The position numbers and the translations under genes were made by a program. Shown one piece after another: positions 19,303-31,300 of a DNA stretch of 64,000 bases (positions are counted from its first letter, which is position 1; every line of letters starts with the position of its first letter). This stretch comes from Geopsychrobacteraceae bacterium (GTDB lineage Bacteria > Desulfobacterota > Desulfuromonadia > Desulfuromonadales > Geopsychrobacteraceae), in NCBI GenBank assembly GCA_963676795.2, contig CAXXTB010000001.1:192001-256000 (forward strand), in the 5' to 3' direction. The notes under the pieces were generated by a model. That model did not search any database. It was not told where the DNA came from and was given only the letters and a program-made list of their open reading frames with translations.

Positions 19303-20212
19303 CTCACTGTTCTACCTGGGAACAATTCTCATCTGGGGTTCGACCTGGCTGGCGATAAAATACCAGCTGGGCAGCGTTGCTCCGGCCTGGTCTGTCACCT
19401 ACCGCTTTACCCTGGCGGCGCTTCTGCTTCTGTCCTGGTGTCTGGCAACGGGACGCTCGCTGCGCTTCTCCCGGAGCCAGCACCTGTTTATCGCCCTGCA
19501 AGGGGTGCTGCTCTTCGCCCTGAACTATTATCTTTTTTACCTGGCGGAAGAGAGGATCACCAGCGGACTGGCGGCGGTGGTGTTCTCGACGATTGTTTTC
19601 ATGAATCTGATCAACGGCCGGATTTTCCTCGGCAGTGCAATTGAACTGAAGGTTGTTCTCGGCGGATTGATGGGAATTGCCGGACTGGCATTTCTGTTCT
19701 GGCCGGAAATGCAGGCGGTTGCGTTCTCCGGTCCGGTCATGAGCGGCCTGCTACTCTGCCTGGCGGCGACCTATCTCGCCTCGCTGGGCAATATCCTCTC
19801 AGCCCGTAACCAGAAAAGCGGACTGCCGGTGATTCAGACCAATGCCCTGGGCATGACCTATGGCGCTATCTGTATGGCGCTGCTTGCCTGGCAGAGCGGA
19901 TCACCCGCGAGCTTTGAGTTCAGTGCCAGCTATCTGATTTCGCTGATCTATCTGGCGTTATTCGGTTCGGTCATCGCCTTTGGCTGCTACCTGACCCTGG
20001 TCGGACGTATCGGAGCAGGCAAGGCCGCCTATTGTACGCTGTTTTTTCCGGTCGTTGCGCTGCTTCTGTCAACCATTTGGGAAGGCTATCACTGGACCTC
20101 CCAGGCGCTCATCGGCAGCGGGCTGATTCTGTGCGGCAATTTCCTGGCCCTGAACAAAAAATCGCTGCGCAGAGCAAAACCACAGAAGCTCGCCGCGCAC
20201 CAGACTCAGTGA
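19295..20212 (+). CDS. EamA/DMT-family transporter
   Basis: IWGSTW, 10 TM helices, YLALFGSVIAF. Start overlaps the MocR stop. Confidence 0.9.
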   Translation: MTNSLFYLGTILIWGSTWLAIKYQLGSVAPAWSVTYRFTLAALLLLSWCLATGRSLRFSRSQHLFIALQGVLLFALNYYLFYLAEERITSGLAAVVFSTIVFMNLINGRIFLGSAIELKVVLGGLMGIAGLAFLFWPEMQAVAFSGPVMSGLLLCLAATYLASLGNILSARNQKSGLPVIQTNALGMTYGAICMALLAWQSGSPASFEFSASYLISLIYLALFGSVIAFGCYLTLVGRIGAGKAAYCTLFFPVVALLLSTIWEGYHWTSQALIGSGLILCGNFLALNKKSLRRAKPQKLAAHQTQ

Positions 20213-21705
20213 TCGATCTTCAGCGGTGGTTGCCCCTTGCGCCCCCTGATGATCGGCATCACGACGCTCAGAATGGCGAGTGCGATAAAGATCAGGAAGA
20301 CGGGCAGCTTGAGCAGCTCCAAAGGCCGATCACCGTACAGCACCATCGTCTGATGCAGGTTACGCTCCAGAATCGGACCGAGAATAACACCAAGAACCAT
20401 CGCGGCAAGAGGGATGTTGATTTTCCGTAAAAAGTAACCGACCAGACCAATCCCGAAAGCGGAAATGACATCAAACCAGTTATTGCGTACGGCAAACGAG
20501 CCGACCAGACCACAAACAATAATCAATGAGGCCAGAACCGGGGGACTGATCCGTGTCAGCTTGGCGATATGCCGGGCGCTGAAAACCCCGAATGCCAGCA
20601 TGATCAGGTTGCAGACGAAAACACCCATGAAGACAGTGTAAACCAGACTCGCGTTCTGCTGAAACAGCATCGGCCCGGGAATAATACCGTGCATCGTCAG
20701 TGCCGCCAGAATAATAACGGCATCGACACTTCCGGGAATTCCCAGTGTCAGGGCCGGAACCAGCGAAGAGAGAACCGCGGCGTTGTTGGCACTGTCTGAA
20801 GCGATAACCCCGGCAATCTCTCCTTTGCCAAAATTCTCCGGGGTTTTGGACGCTCTTTTCGCTTCATTATAGGAAATGAAACCGGCAATGGTCGGACCGG
20901 CACCCGGCAGGACGCCGACAACCGAGCCGATCACCGATGAACGTAAAAAGTTAAGACCGTGCTTACCCCAGTCGCCGATCCTCAACAGAAAGCTGTCCTT
21001 CGTCAAAGTGACATCTGTGGAGCGAAGCGCATCCTTGCGGTAATCCTCGACCAGCTTCAGAACTTCTGGAAAGGTGAACAAACCGATCAGAACCACGATC
21101 ACCGGAAAGCCTTCGATCAGATCCGGCGTGAAGGCATAACGGATATAACCCGACGGTGAAAAACCGATGGTACTGAGCAACAGGCCGAGCAGGCCGGCAA
21201 TCAATCCCTTGACCATGGTCCCGGCCGACAGGGTCACTATGATCATCAGCCCGAACAGGGTAAAGGAAAACATCTCAGCCGGACCAAACATCAGCGACAG
21301 TTTGGCCAGTGGCGGAGAGAGGAATAACAAGGTCAATGCAGAAACAAAGGCTCCGACTGTCGACGCGATAACGGAAGCTCTCAGGGCACGGGTCGCCTTC
21401 CCCTGCTGCGCCAGGTAGTGGCCATCGAGAGCAGTCGCCGCCGAGGCCGCCGTGCCCGGCATATTGAGAATGATGGCGGGTATTGAACCGGAGTAGACCG
21501 CCGCATTCCAGATCCCCAGCAGAAACAGGACTCCGGCTTCAGCAGGAAAAACAAAGGTCAGAGGGAGCAGAATCGTCATGGCAGCGGCGGCGGTCAAGCC
21601 TGGAACTGAACCGAAAACCATCCCGACCGCAACGCCAAGAATCATGGACATAACATTGTTCAAATGAAGCGAATTCGCCAGTCCGTGAAACATCAAATCA
21701 AGCAT
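20206..21705 (-). CDS. tctA: Tripartite tricarboxylate transporter large permease
   Basis: GSVPGL, NMPGTAASAATALDG, PGAG, PALTLGIPG, GIIPGP motifs. Confidence 0.9.
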   Translation of the reverse strand: MLDLMFHGLANSLHLNNVMSMILGVAVGMVFGSVPGLTAAAAMTILLPLTFVFPAEAGVLFLLGIWNAAVYSGSIPAIILNMPGTAASAATALDGHYLAQQGKATRALRASVIASTVGAFVSALTLLFLSPPLAKLSLMFGPAEMFSFTLFGLMIIVTLSAGTMVKGLIAGLLGLLLSTIGFSPSGYIRYAFTPDLIEGFPVIVVLIGLFTFPEVLKLVEDYRKDALRSTDVTLTKDSFLLRIGDWGKHGLNFLRSSVIGSVVGVLPGAGPTIAGFISYNEAKRASKTPENFGKGEIAGVIASDSANNAAVLSSLVPALTLGIPGSVDAVIILAALTMHGIIPGPMLFQQNASLVYTVFMGVFVCNLIMLAFGVFSARHIAKLTRISPPVLASLIIVCGLVGSFAVRNNWFDVISAFGIGLVGYFLRKINIPLAAMVLGVILGPILERNLHQTMVLYGDRPLELLKLPVFLIFIALAILSVVMPIIRGRKGQPPLKIDH

Positions 21706-21806
21706 TCTTCACCCCCGAGCAGCTTTGATCATGTCGGCATTGACAACCGGCAGCCATGCCAGAATAGTTGCTTCCGCGGCTGCCTGGACAGCCGCGGAGC
21801 CAGTCA

Positions 21807-22226
21807 CTAAAAGAGGATCCCCCTGGGCAGGGGAACCCCTAAAAATCTGAAAAAAACAAAATAAATCACCACAGATGTCACAATCGGGATCAAAACAATT
21901 TTGAACCATTTTCTTTCATTGAGAAAAACCAGAGACAGTAGAATGAAGAGCGTTGTCGAAATGAAGTAGCCGAGATATTCACTGACAAAAATATAGATCA
22001 ATGTCAGTGCAATATAGAGAACGACCCGCACCCTCTGCGCCGCTCTTTGCACGGGTTGACTTGAGAACATATTAAGTGAACAGAGAATGATCAGGAAAAC
22101 AATGATCCCCTGCGGCCAGAAACTGTCCCGAGCCGGAAACTTCAGACTGATCAAAAACAACCAGACGCAGCAGACAATAATAATGACCGATCCGAGCGCA
22201 TTGAGATTTTTCAGATTTTTGAGCAT
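21807..22226 (-). CDS. tctB: Tripartite tricarboxylate transporter small membrane subunit
   Basis: Four TM helices, LGYFIST, C-terminal LGVPLPRG. Confidence 0.85.
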   Translation of the reverse strand: MLKNLKNLNALGSVIIIVCCVWLFLISLKFPARDSFWPQGIIVFLIILCSLNMFSSQPVQRAAQRVRVVLYIALTLIYIFVSEYLGYFISTTLFILLSLVFLNERKWFKIVLIPIVTSVVIYFVFFRFLGVPLPRGILF

Positions 22227-22243
22227 AGCGGCCCTGATCCCGG

Positions 22244-23224
22244 TTATTTAATTGCAATGCCCATGTCGTGGAACAGTTTACCGAACTGTTCATACTGCTC
22301 CTCGATATACGCCTTCGCGTCAGCGGGATTCAGATAATCGTTGGTCAGGCCGACCTTTTTGAACATTTCCGGCAATTCGGGATCAGCCATAGCTGCTGCC
22401 AAGGCGTCGCTGAGCTTTTCCAGCACAGGTTCAGGCGTACCGACAGGGGCAGCAAGGGTTCGGAAGACTCCGACAGAATTGTCATAGCCGAGTTCCTTGA
22501 AGGTTGGGACATCCGGGAGAAAAACCGAGCGTTTCGGTGCCGCAGCGGCAAGAATACGGATGGTGTTCGCATTGGCATGAGGCAGAATTTCATTGGTGTT
22601 GTTGAACGAATAATCGGTATGGCCGCCAAGGACTGAAGCCAGTTTCGCTGTTCCGCTTTTAAACCCGCCGACAATTTTGGCATCGACACCGGTCTGATTT
22701 CTGAAGACAGCGTCAGCGACCGAAGAACTGGTCCAGCCGTCAAGAAAGGGGGTACTGAGCTTGCCGGGGTTCGCTTTACCAAATGAGATCAGCTCATCAA
22801 GAGATTTGTACGGACTTTCGGCATTAACGACAATGAAGTTCGGCACAAAAGAGACCTGACCGATATATTCATAACTGGCCGGACTGAAACGCACCCCTTC
22901 AATCAGCCAGGGACCGGTACAGATACCGGTACTCACCATCGTCAGGGTATAACCGTCAGGCTTGGCCATCATTCCCAGGGTGTGACCACTGATTCCGCCA
23001 CCGCCACCGCGATTTTCTACAATGATTTTCTGACCGAGATGTTTTTCCAGAACAGGAGCAAGAGCCCTGGTGTTGACATCAACACCGCCACCGGCACCGA
23101 AAGGAACAATGATTGTCACCGGATGATCAGGAAATTCTTTGGCAAAAGCCGAGACAACCGAAACGCTCACAAAGACTGCCAGCAATACAGCCATAAGTGA
23201 TAATCGTACAGTCCTACCCATCAT
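22244..23224 (-). CDS. tctC: Tripartite tricarboxylate transporter substrate-binding protein (Bug/TctC)
   Basis: Signal peptide, IIVPFGAGGG.D, VENRGGGGG, KPDGYTL, PDVPTFKELG. Confidence 0.9.
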   Translation of the reverse strand: MMGRTVRLSLMAVLLAVFVSVSVVSAFAKEFPDHPVTIIVPFGAGGGVDVNTRALAPVLEKHLGQKIIVENRGGGGGISGHTLGMMAKPDGYTLTMVSTGICTGPWLIEGVRFSPASYEYIGQVSFVPNFIVVNAESPYKSLDELISFGKANPGKLSTPFLDGWTSSSVADAVFRNQTGVDAKIVGGFKSGTAKLASVLGGHTDYSFNNTNEILPHANANTIRILAAAAPKRSVFLPDVPTFKELGYDNSVGVFRTLAAPVGTPEPVLEKLSDALAAAMADPELPEMFKKVGLTNDYLNPADAKAYIEEQYEQFGKLFHDMGIAIK

Positions 23225-23664
23225 AACTTACCTCCCCGGGAAAAATGTTGATCAAACCTGACAGCACTGCGGTCGGAGTCCGCCTGGTATTATCTGCTCC
23301 GGCAAGCCGGAGTTCATATTTTCGGTGAGAAAGACAGTGTAACGGTTATTTATAGAAACACAATAAGCGTACCAGAAAAAATTGTACGTGCGTACGTTTT
23401 TTTAGTTAAGGCGTACCATGGCTATGACCAGATTCATTCAGCAGAGTTTTTTATCCTGCTATCCGGCAAGCATGCCCAGTTATATCTCATCGGCCAACCC
23501 CATTCTGCCGGAATGGGGTCAGAAAAACTCCACAGTTGCTGCGTCGCAAATGGCAGTCTTCAGCCCCGAAAGCAATCCCTAAAAATGCTGTTACAATTGA
23601 ACGTTGTTGTACAGCTCTTCTTCATTTTTCAGATAATCGCCAACCAAAACGATTTGGGGAGACC

Positions 23665-26268
23665 ATGGCATTTCTGAATCAATGGCAAAAAAACAGATTC
23701 CAGTTGCAGCTAAAAAGCTTCAGCCTCAGCTTAATCATCAGCCTGATAATCATTGGCTTGCTTGTCTGGGGGCTCTACGCCTCATTTCGTCAAGAGAAAC
23801 TGGATGAACTCAGAGCCGTCATGACCCGCAACCTCGATCTGGGCGAATTCTACCTGACAAGCGAACTGCAGAAACTGACCCGCAATCTGGAGTTCCTCTC
23901 CTCGAGCCCTGTTGTCAGACAGTTTGCCGCTCAGCCTGATGGCGATCATAGAAATCTTGTCACGACCCGTTTCAAGGCCTTTGCATCACTGAATGCCGAA
24001 TATGACCAGATCCGTATTCTCGCTCTGAACGGCCGGGAACTTCTCAGAATCAATTATAGCGATTTTCAGGCCACGGAAGTTGGCACCGACGAACTGCAGA
24101 ACAAATCTCACCGCTATTATTTTAATCAGATCCTCTCACTCCCCCCGGGTTATCTCTACGTTTCGGCACTTGATCTCAACATTGAACATATGCAGATCGA
24201 ACGCCCGTTCAAACCTATGCTGCGGGTGGCAACAAAACTGACCGACAATCAGGGCAGAGCGACCGGTGTGCTGATTCTCAACTACCTCGCCGTAAATCTC
24301 TTTACAGGGCTGGATGAAATCCGCGTCGGCAAAATCGGACAATTCCTGCTGATCAACCAGGATGGTTATTACTTAAAAGCAGCGGATCCCGAACATGAAT
24401 GGGGGCAGATCCTGGTCGATCGTCAGGAGTTCAAGCTAAGCAATGAAGCGCCCTTCTTCTGGCAACAGCTAGAAACAACCCAGTGCGGCTTTTACGACGG
24501 TCCGGATAACCTCTCTGCCTATCGGCGGCTGAACACAAGTCACTTACTCCACAATCCGAAAACCACCCGTCTGATTCCTCCGGCACTCCCTCGGCAATGG
24601 GTGCTGATCGATCAGGTCCCTGCTGAAACCTTGAGCCTGATGATTCTTCCTTTCCGGAATTCGCTGTTCATCGGTGCAGGCATTCTGATCATCCTCAGCT
24701 TCATCGGTTCCTGCTTCATCGGCCTGGCCATCAATCAACGGGACCGCTCAAGCCTCCAGGCGAAAAAGTTGGTCGCCATCCTGGATGAATGCCCGATCGG
24801 CCTGGCCATTGCCGATCGCCGGGGACGTATTCAGTACGCTAATCAAAAAATTCTCGACTTGAGCGGCCTGTCGCTTGAACAGCTCAGCTCCAGCCCATTA
24901 CGCCACATCGATGAAAAGGTCCTGCCGCCTGGCAATCTTCCGGCTATCCGTAAAGCGATAGACTGTGGCAAAACCTGGTCACAGCGCTTCGAATCCCCCG
25001 TCGACGAACAAAGCACCGTCCGGGAACTGGTCATTTCACCTTTCGAATCTCCGGAAAGAAATCACAAAGAGTTGATCATGATCATGCGCGACGTCACCCA
25101 TGAAGCGCAACTGGAACAACAACTGCGTCAGTCGCAAAAACTGGAGGCTGTCGGCCAGCTGGGGGCCGGTATCGCACATGACTTCAATAACCTGCTGCAG
25201 ATCATTATGGGGGCCGGCAGAGCTCTCGGGCAGCAGATTGAAACGGAAGGGAAGCAGGGAACCCTGTTGAATATGATTGTCCAGGCAACGGAAAGGGGCG
25301 CAGCTCTGACCCGCCAGCTGCTCACCTTTACCAGAAACAGTTCAAGCATCCACAAGGAACTCTATTTCCCGGATCATCAGATTGAGATTTCTTTACAGAT
25401 GATCCGCAGGTTGCTTGGAGAACAGATCCACATCGAATTTCACCAGGGAGCAGAAAACTGGTTGATCTGTGCCGATCAGAATATGTTCGAACAAGCCTTG
25501 ATCAACCTGTGTATCAATGCCAAAGACGCCATGCCGCAAGGGGGCAACCTCACCCTGAAAACCGGGATCCTCGACAGTCAGCAACTAACGGATATCTTTC
25601 CTGAACAACCCCGGCATGAGGAATTTTATCACCTGTCGGTCAGGGACAATGGTTGTGGAATTCCGCAACAAATCCAGGATAAAATCTTTGAACCCTTTTT
25701 TACCACCAAGCGAAGCGGCAGGGGAAGCGGCCTTGGCCTGGCGTCCGTTTACAATATCATCCATCAGCATGACGGCTGCATCACGGTCACCAGCAGCGAA
25801 GAAGCGGGTAGCTGTTTTGACATCTATCTGCCTGCCTGCCGGATGAAAACTCGATCTGCCGAAGAACAACAGCTACCTGGCAACCTGAAGCTCAAAGGGG
25901 AGGGGCAGTGCATTCTGCTGGCTGAAGATGACGAACAGGTCCGCACCATCGCTGGCCTAACCCTGGAAGAGGCAGGTTATGTGATCATCTATGCTGAAAA
26001 TGGCAGACAGGCCATTGAACGCTACGATCAGCGCCGGGAGGATATTCAGTTTGCTCTGCTCGATGTCATCATGCCGTTCGTCAATGGCCGCGAGGTCTTC
26101 GAATATATCCGTGAAAAAGACAGAGATCTGCCGATTCTGTTTGTCAGCGGCCACGATTTCAATCTGCTCAGAGATATCGGCCTGAACAGCGATGAGCAAC
26201 AGATACTCAGCAAGCCTTTCAGCGCGGAGACCCTGCTGCAGAAAATCGCCGAACAGCTCAACGCATAA
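23665..26268 (+). CDS. Hybrid sensor histidine kinase (Cache-PAS-HisKA-HATPase-REC)
   Basis: [21 protein letters not shown] Cache-like domain, [20 protein letters not shown], receiver LLDVIMP. Start at MAFLN after GGGGAG. Confidence 0.88.
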   Translation: MAFLNQWQKNRFQLQLKSFSLSLIISLIIIGLLVWGLYASFRQEKLDELRAVMTRNLDLGEFYLTSELQKLTRNLEFLSSSPVVRQFAAQPDGDHRNLVTTRFKAFASLNAEYDQIRILALNGRELLRINYSDFQATEVGTDELQNKSHRYYFNQILSLPPGYLYVSALDLNIEHMQIERPFKPMLRVATKLTDNQGRATGVLILNYLAVNLFTGLDEIRVGKIGQFLLINQDGYYLKAADPEHEWGQILVDRQEFKLSNEAPFFWQQLETTQCGFYDGPDNLSAYRRLNTSHLLHNPKTTRLIPPALPRQWVLIDQVPAETLSLMILPFRNSLFIGAGILIILSFIGSCFIGLAINQRDRSSLQAKKLVAILDECPIGLAIADRRGRIQYANQKILDLSGLSLEQLSSSPLRHIDEKVLPPGNLPAIRKAIDCGKTWSQRFESPVDEQSTVRELVISPFESPERNHKELIMIMRDVTHEAQLEQQLRQSQKLEAVGQLGAGIAHDFNNLLQIIMGAGRALGQQIETEGKQGTLLNMIVQATERGAALTRQLLTFTRNSSSIHKELYFPDHQIEISLQMIRRLLGEQIHIEFHQGAENWLICADQNMFEQALINLCINAKDAMPQGGNLTLKTGILDSQQLTDIFPEQPRHEEFYHLSVRDNGCGIPQQIQDKIFEPFFTTKRSGRGSGLGLASVYNIIHQHDGCITVTSSEEAGSCFDIYLPACRMKTRSAEEQQLPGNLKLKGEGQCILLAEDDEQVRTIAGLTLEEAGYVIIYAENGRQAIERYDQRREDIQFALLDVIMPFVNGREVFEYIREKDRDLPILFVSGHDFNLLRDIGLNSDEQQILSKPFSAETLLQKIAEQLNA

Positions 26269-26270
26269 AT

Positions 26271-26819
26271 TCAGTGGCCAAATGGAAAACGTCTGAGGAG
26301 CTTATAGCGCGCACCGGCGGCATGCAGGGTGCTCTGGTACAAGCTCATGGCCGCGACCTCAAATTCTCCACCGGGCGCTGGTAACCTGATCGCTCTTTGC
26401 AGCTGCGGGAGATTTTTATCCGCTTTGATTCGGGCCAGGGTGATGTGGGCCTTAAAATGCCGCTCACAGGGGAAACCCAGCGGGAGCAGAAGTTCATTGA
26501 GCTTAGCGGCCAGGGCTCCCACAATTTGTTGCGGTCCGACAGACAGGTAGACGACCCGCGGCTGCCCTCGTGGCGGGAAAAATCCGAAATCACCAAGCCG
26601 AAGAGTGAATCGCCTCTCAGCTTCGGCAAGCTGCCCAAGGCCAGCTGAAATATCCGCCACCTGGGCCGCATCGATATCACCGAGAAACCTGAGCGTCAGA
26701 TGCAGATTTTCCGCTCTGACCCAGCTGGCCCGCACATCGGTCTGGCGCAAGAGCTGAACGGCTTTACCGATCGCCTGCTGTTCCGCCACAGGCAGGTCAA
26801 TGGCGATAAAAGCGCGCAT
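26271..26819 (-). CDS. thpR: RNA 2',3'-cyclic phosphodiesterase (2H phosphoesterase)
   Basis: MRAFIAI start and two HxT motifs (HLTLRFLG, HITLAR). Confidence 0.92.
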   Translation of the reverse strand: MRAFIAIDLPVAEQQAIGKAVQLLRQTDVRASWVRAENLHLTLRFLGDIDAAQVADISAGLGQLAEAERRFTLRLGDFGFFPPRGQPRVVYLSVGPQQIVGALAAKLNELLLPLGFPCERHFKAHITLARIKADKNLPQLQRAIRLPAPGGEFEVAAMSLYQSTLHAAGARYKLLRRFPFGH

Positions 26820-26840
26820 CCGACCTCCTCGTAAAGAAAG

Positions 26841-26906
26841 CCCCCCTCATCCGGCCTTCGGCCACCTTCTCCTTTATGCCCAAGTTTGGGTACCTGTGGA
26901 GAAGGA
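26841..26906. repeat. Palindromic intergenic repeat family B, copy 1
   Basis: CCCCCCTCATCCGGCCTTCGGCCACCTTCTCC-N25-GGAGAAGG; related copies at 50079 and 50131. Confidence 0.8.
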
Positions 26907-26910
26907 ACAT

Positions 26911-28305
26911 TTAGAACACGAACCCTGACAATTTGTCCTTCTGGTGTGGCAGTTCCAGCTCGTCCAGAATCCGGCCGCTGGTCGCCTTGAGGCTTTCCAG
27001 CTGCTGCAGGTAGGTGATCCGGCTCGCCGCTACCGCCGCGGAAACCCTGACCAGGTCGGTCTGGGCCTCGTTCAGCCGGGTCAGGGTCGCCGAACCGGCG
27101 GCATAGGCCTTTTCGATATGATCACGAATCTTCTGCACCAGACTTAAGGTGTAGCGCTGACGCTCATAGATCGCACGGGCCGCCCCGGCCTTGACCAGCC
27201 CCTGGCGCAAACCGGCCTGTATCTCCAGGACTTTCTGCTGCTGCTGATGATTCAATTGTAACAGATCGGCTTGCGTTTCCCGGAGTTTGGCCCCCCGTCG
27301 CCCGCCACTGAACAGTTCCCAGTTGAGATTCAGCCCGACATAGCTGATCCGTTCATGCTGATCGACACTGGCCGTGTCAGTCAGTTCCTCGAACTGATAA
27401 CCACCGGCCAGGGACAGCTTCGGGTAAAAACTGCCGCGGGCAGCGGTCTGCTGCTGGTGCAGCGCGTCCCGGCTTGCTACTAGGGCTCGCAGGTCGGGGC
27501 GCTGCTGCAGGGCATAGTCCAACTCATCCTCATAGTCGGGCAATTCATCCAGTTCACCGAGAGAGTCACTGCTGCACGGATAGAGATCCCGGCTCAGCCG
27601 GGCATCCGGCAGCGCCATAAGTTCGGCCAGCACACTGCAAACCAGCTCGAAATTCTGCTTGGCTTCGAGAAAATCGTTTTCCGCCTGCAGGGCGCGAACG
27701 GTGAAATTCAGCATTTCCGCCTCCGGAATCACCCCTGCCCGCCAGCGTTTTTGCGCATCGCTTTCCAGTTTGCGGTTGAAAATCTGGTTCTGCCGGGCGA
27801 TCTGCATCCCTTCGGCGGCCAGCTGGGCCTGGTAATAAGCACCGGCAACCGCCTCGGCGAGCAGGCGCCTCGCTTCATTGGTCGCTTCGACAGTGGCCAT
27901 GGTCTGGGCTTGGGCTGCGAGAATAGAGGCACGCCGGCTGAAGCCGTCAAACAGCAACCAGTTGACCTGCACCCCGGCCGTAAAATTTTTGACCGCATCA
28001 TTATAACGATACTCAGGCGCCCAGTCGGGCTGAATCGACAGATCCTGCCACTGGCGGCTGAGGCTGATGCCCGCCTGCGGAAGCATGGTCGAACGGACCT
28101 GATCGACAACGGCTTTGGCTATCTCCACCCTGGCGACAGCCTCGGCGACACCGGGTGAAGACTCGATCGCTTGCTGTTGAGCCTGACGCAGGCTCAATCT
28201 GCCATAGGGGATCTCCATCTCCAGTTGTGGCGGGGCCAGATCTGCCGCCCCTGCTGAGCTGGCCAGCAGCAGACCGATCAAAAGGAGTTGCAGGTATCTA
28301 TACAT
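26911..28305 (-). CDS. TolC-family outer membrane efflux channel
   Basis: Signal peptide, two OEP repeats (W.LFDG, WELFSGG); last gene of an RND operon. Confidence 0.88.
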   Translation of the reverse strand: MYRYLQLLLIGLLLASSAGAADLAPPQLEMEIPYGRLSLRQAQQQAIESSPGVAEAVARVEIAKAVVDQVRSTMLPQAGISLSRQWQDLSIQPDWAPEYRYNDAVKNFTAGVQVNWLLFDGFSRRASILAAQAQTMATVEATNEARRLLAEAVAGAYYQAQLAAEGMQIARQNQIFNRKLESDAQKRWRAGVIPEAEMLNFTVRALQAENDFLEAKQNFELVCSVLAELMALPDARLSRDLYPCSSDSLGELDELPDYEDELDYALQQRPDLRALVASRDALHQQQTAARGSFYPKLSLAGGYQFEELTDTASVDQHERISYVGLNLNWELFSGGRRGAKLRETQADLLQLNHQQQQKVLEIQAGLRQGLVKAGAARAIYERQRYTLSLVQKIRDHIEKAYAAGSATLTRLNEAQTDLVRVSAAVAASRITYLQQLESLKATSGRILDELELPHQKDKLSGFVF

Positions 28306-31300
28306 AGCTCTTCTCCGCAGTGATTTTATAGACCTTGCTGTACATGACCGGCACGACGATCAGGGTCAGAAAGGTTGCGGCAAACAGGCCACTCATGATC
28401 GTTGCCGCCATGGCCGAATAGAAAGGATCGAAGACCAGCGGCAACATACCGAGAATGGTCGTTCCGGCTGCCATGACAACCGGCCTGATGCGGCTCACCG
28501 AGGCATCGAGCACCGCCTGGTAGGGGTGAACGCCGTTCCCCAGTTCCAGTTCGATCTGGTCGATCAGGACAATGGCGTTCTTGATCAGCATCCCCGACAG
28601 ACCGAGGAAACCGAGAATCGCCATAAAACCGAAGGGCAACCCGGTCAAAAGCAGACCGGCGGCAACACCGATCAGCGACAGCGGCACGGTCAGCATGATG
28701 ATCACCGGACGCCGGAAGGAATTGAACAACCAGAGCAGCACGACGAACATGCCGAGGATACAAAGCGGGAAGATCCGGGCCAGCGGTTCCTGGCTTTCGC
28801 GTGAATCCTCGTACTCGCCACCCCATTCGAGCGAATAGCCGTCCGGCAGATCGATCGCTTCGATAGCACCACGGATCTGTCGCAGGTAGGCATCGGCCAG
28901 GCCGCTTTGCGGATTGCACTGCACCGTCACCGTCGGCTCCCGGTCACGCCGCTTGATCAAAGCATCTTCCTGCGCCTCCTGAATACCGGCCGTGACCTGA
29001 CTTAAGGGGATAAAGGTCCTGTGCAACGAACTCCAGACCTGAATATCTGCAAAGCCGTCCTCCGTGTCCCCCGTCTGCCTGACAGAACGGAAGAGCACAG
29101 GGATCAGCTTGTTCTTTTCACGATACAGGCCACCGGCGACACCGTTGAAATGCCACTGCAGGGCAGTTGTCAGATCGCTGCGGCTGACCCCGGCAAAGCG
29201 CGCCTGAACCTCGGAAAACTGTGGTCGCAGAACCTTGACCGGAGTTCGCCAGTCGGACCTCAGATCCCGTGCACCGCCGTTTTCGGCAATGATCTGCTGC
29301 ACCTGAGCGGCCAGTTTTTTCAGCACTGCGCCATCCGGCCCCCGGAAACGGGCTTCTATCTTGAAGCTGGTGTTCGGGCCGTTCTGAATCTTCTTGCCCA
29401 TCGCGGCGGACTGCGGCAGCTGCTCTTTGATGAACTTTTCAATCTCGGCAATCCGGGCATCGATCCCGTGATAATCCTCGACCTCGACGAGCAGCTGAGC
29501 ATAACTGCTGTTCTGGATCTGATAGTCGTAGGCGAGCATAAAGCGCAGGCCCCCCTCGCCGATGAAGCTGGTCGTCGCCTTAACCCCTTTCAGGGAACGG
29601 ACATAGCCATCGAGGCGGGCCATATCCCGGGCGGTCTTTTCAATGTGGGTTCCCTGCGAATTCCACAGATCGACAAAGAAATAACGCTGGGTGGAATCGG
29701 GAAAAAAGGCCTTGGGTACATGATTGAAGCCGACCACCGCCAGGCCCAGGAGAACCAGGGTGACGAGCAGAACAGTCCAGCGATGACTGAGGGCCAGATG
29801 GAGAAAGCGGCGATAAGCGCGGTAAAAACGGCCATGGTGCGGATCAGCGGCGTCCTGACCTGGCTTGATGCGCAGAAACCAGACACATAACAACGGTGTT
29901 ACCGTAATGGCAAGAATCCAGCTGAAAAACAGCGACATGGCCAGCACGTCGAACAGCGAGCGGCAGAATTCGCCGACATTGCCGGGAGAAAAACCGATGG
30001 CGGCAAAAGCGAAGATAGCCACCAGCGTCGCCCCGAACAGGGGCCAGATGGTTGTCCGCACCGTGTGTTGCGTCGCGGCTTCGACCGTTTCACCGCGTTC
30101 CATCCGCACCAGGGTCCCGTCGACTACGACAATGGCATTATCGACCAGCATCCCCAGCGCCAGAATCAGGGCTCCCAGAGAAACCTTCTGCAGGTCGATA
30201 TCCATGACATACATCCCGGCGAAGGTCATCAGAATGGTCAGCAACAGCACCGCACCGATAAGCAGACCGCTGCGCCAGCCCATGAACAACAGGAGCAGAA
30301 CGATGACAATGGCGACCGCTTCAAGCAGGTTGACGACAAAGGTATGGGAAGCCTCGGTCACCTCACGGGCCTGGAAATAGATCGGATGCAGTTCCAGCCC
30401 CTGCGGCCTGCTCTGCTCAAGCGCGACCAGCTTAGCCCTGACCGCATCACCCATCAGGATGACGTTGCCGCCGGCAATGGTCGACACCCCGAGGCCGATG
30501 GCCGGCTGTCCCTGATAGCGCAGCATATTGCCCGGCGGATCGAGATAATTCCTCTCAATCACGGCGATGTCACTGAGACGGACCATCCCCTGTGCTGTCC
30601 CGACCAGCAGATCGGCAATCTGTTTTTCACTGGCAAATTCGCCACTGGGATCGATACGGATATAGTCGTCGCCGACATGGACCTTGCCGCTTGACCGGAC
30701 GAGATTCTGGGCCTGAACCGTCTGGGCGATCAGCTGCGGAGAAAGGCCAAGCTGGCTTAAGCGGGCCTGCCGAAATTCGACATAGATCGCTTCGCGCTGT
30801 GCACCCCAGATATCGATCTTCGCCACATCCCGGCATTTGAGCAGTTCATTTTTGAGCTGATCGGCATAATCCTTGAGTTCGGCGTTGCTGTAGTTTGCGC
30901 CCGTCAGTGCGTAGAAAACACCGTAGACATCACCGAAATCGTCGTTGACCATTGATGGGCCAGCTCCCGGGGGCAACTTAAGTTGGGCATCGCCGACCTT
31001 GCGGCGCAGTTCGTCCCAGATCTGCGGTAGCTGATCCGATTTGTAGGTATCCTTGATATCGACATAGATCAGCGACACCCCCTCCTGCGAGGTTGAATAG
31101 ACCTGCTTGACCTGACCCAGCGCCTGAATCACCTCTTCCAGCGGGTCGGTCACCTCCTCGGCCACTGTCGCCGGTCCGGCACCGGGGTAGGGAGTGACGA
31201 TCAGAGCAGTCTTGATGGTAAAGGTCGGATCTTCCAGCCGTCCCAGACTTTTATAAGCCAAAAGACCGGCGGCGATGATGAGGATTGTCATCACCAACAT

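Noticed and set aside
21709..21909. Small ORF between tctB and tctA
   Set aside because: It mostly overlaps tctB out of frame and has no recognisable features. A short GTG-started peptide cannot be excluded but is unsupported.
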